Positions 63,599 to 64,000 of a stretch of DNA of 64,000 nucleotides are shown one piece after another. A program made the position numbers and the translations under genes. Numbering within the stretch: position 1 is the first letter of the stretch; every line of letters starts with the position of its first letter. The DNA comes from Pseudomonadota bacterium. GTDB taxonomy: Bacteria; Pseudomonadota; Alphaproteobacteria; Sphingomonadales; Sphingomonadaceae. Where the stretch lies: contig JAEZCS010000058.1 of NCBI GenBank assembly GCA_023433445.1, forward strand, positions 885-64,884. Reading direction: 5' to 3'. The notes under the pieces are model-generated. The model made no database searches and was not told where the DNA came from. It was given only the letters and a program-made list of their open reading frames with translations.

Positions 63599-64000
63599 AT
63601 GATGCAGATTAGTTTTATTGGTAAAAAGCCCCTTGCGGTCTGGGGCGCTATGGCGGTTCTTGCTGCATCTTCTTCTGCTTTCGCGACGCAATCTGATGTC
63701 CTGATCGAACAGATTGGAGAAACCCCGGCATGGGCCGCGCCGATGAGGCAGATCGTATCGCCATCCGCTGGCAGCGCATTCGTTGCGCAGGCACAGTTGA
63801 AGCAGGGGCCGGCCATAGGAACGTTCCAAGCCAATCCGGGCGGCTATTCGCTTGCGCAGGCGGCCAGCACCGAGCAGCTTTCGCAGCAGCTCGCCTCGAC
63901 CGGGGCGCCTGTGGAGCTGGCTTTCCTGGGCTTTGCGCTTGATCTTGGCAGCTATGCGCGCAGCGGTTCGGGCACCTTGGTGACGGAAGACGCTAGTGGC
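63599..64000 (+). CDS. secreted protein, partial (runs off the window); possible further curli-locus component
   Basis: Hand translation from the ATG at 63599 (after GGAGGA) gives MMQISFIGKKPLAVWGAMAVLAASSSAFATQSDVLIEQIGETPAWAAPMRQIVSPSAGSAFVAQAQLKQGPAIGTFQANPGG... The frame is open to base 64000. It is not in the ORF track because it has no stop. Confidence 0.45.
   Translation, partial: MMQISFIGKKPLAVWGAMAVLAASSSAFATQSDVLIEQIGETPAWAAPMRQIVSPSAGSAFVAQAQLKQGPAIGTFQANPGGYSLAQAASTEQLSQQLASTGAPVELAFLGFALDLGSYARSGSGTLVTEDASG

Overview
This is a 64-kb stretch of a high-GC plasmid, probably alphaproteobacterial; the protein families are reminiscent of Sphingomonadaceae. No homology search was run. 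All calls rest on motifs I recognise in the supplied or hand-made translations and on nucleotide patterns read directly.

Layout, left to right:
(1) Accessory islet (1-7.5 kb): a partial tyrosine recombinase, ParD/ParE, a ParE remnant, a membrane GGDEF cyclase, a RES-Xre toxin-antitoxin pair and a 5'-truncated DUF4143 ATPase.
(2) Ti-type DNA-transfer module (7.5-12.8 kb): traA relaxase-helicase, oriT-like hairpin, traC, traD and traG. No mating-pore genes are present in the window.
(3) rmlACBD (13.2-16.6 kb), followed by a visibly AT-richer polysaccharide island (about 16.7-32.3 kb). The island carries an OPX lipoprotein, KpsE/M/T-like ABC export, a five-gene nucleotide-sugar operon, a two-domain RgpF-like rhamnan synthase, GT2, DUF5672-like and PhyH-like genes.
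(4) Plasmid core (32.3-39.2 kb): parA plus a small RHH protein, a metY / FMN-glutamate-synthase-like cassette, a wHTH gene, four direct iterons, RPA-type repA and a fifth inverted iteron.
(5) Envelope glycan cluster (39.4-49.8 kb): four large polytopic GT-C-like membrane proteins, two polyprenyl-phosphate-type GT2 enzymes, GtrA and two SAM methyltransferases.
(6) An intact Tn3-family transposon (50045-55425): 38-bp IRs, 5-bp TGATA target duplication, tnpR-res-tnpA and a DUF1593-type passenger.
(7) A curli-like amyloid locus (56.2-64 kb): csgF, csgG, three large curlin-repeat proteins, an unknown secreted protein, a CsgH-like chaperone and a partial further secreted ORF.

Three signals deserve most attention:
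- A ~28-bp AT-rich composite motif (AGATACTA..GGATATCC.GATAGCTAYC) recurs at seven intergenic junctions and brackets parAB.
- The GT-C/GtrA/methyltransferase cluster resembles no well-described pathway.
- The plasmid-borne curli locus carries a 671-aa curlin.

Many long ORFs in the track are antisense artefacts of GC-rich coding DNA and were not called.
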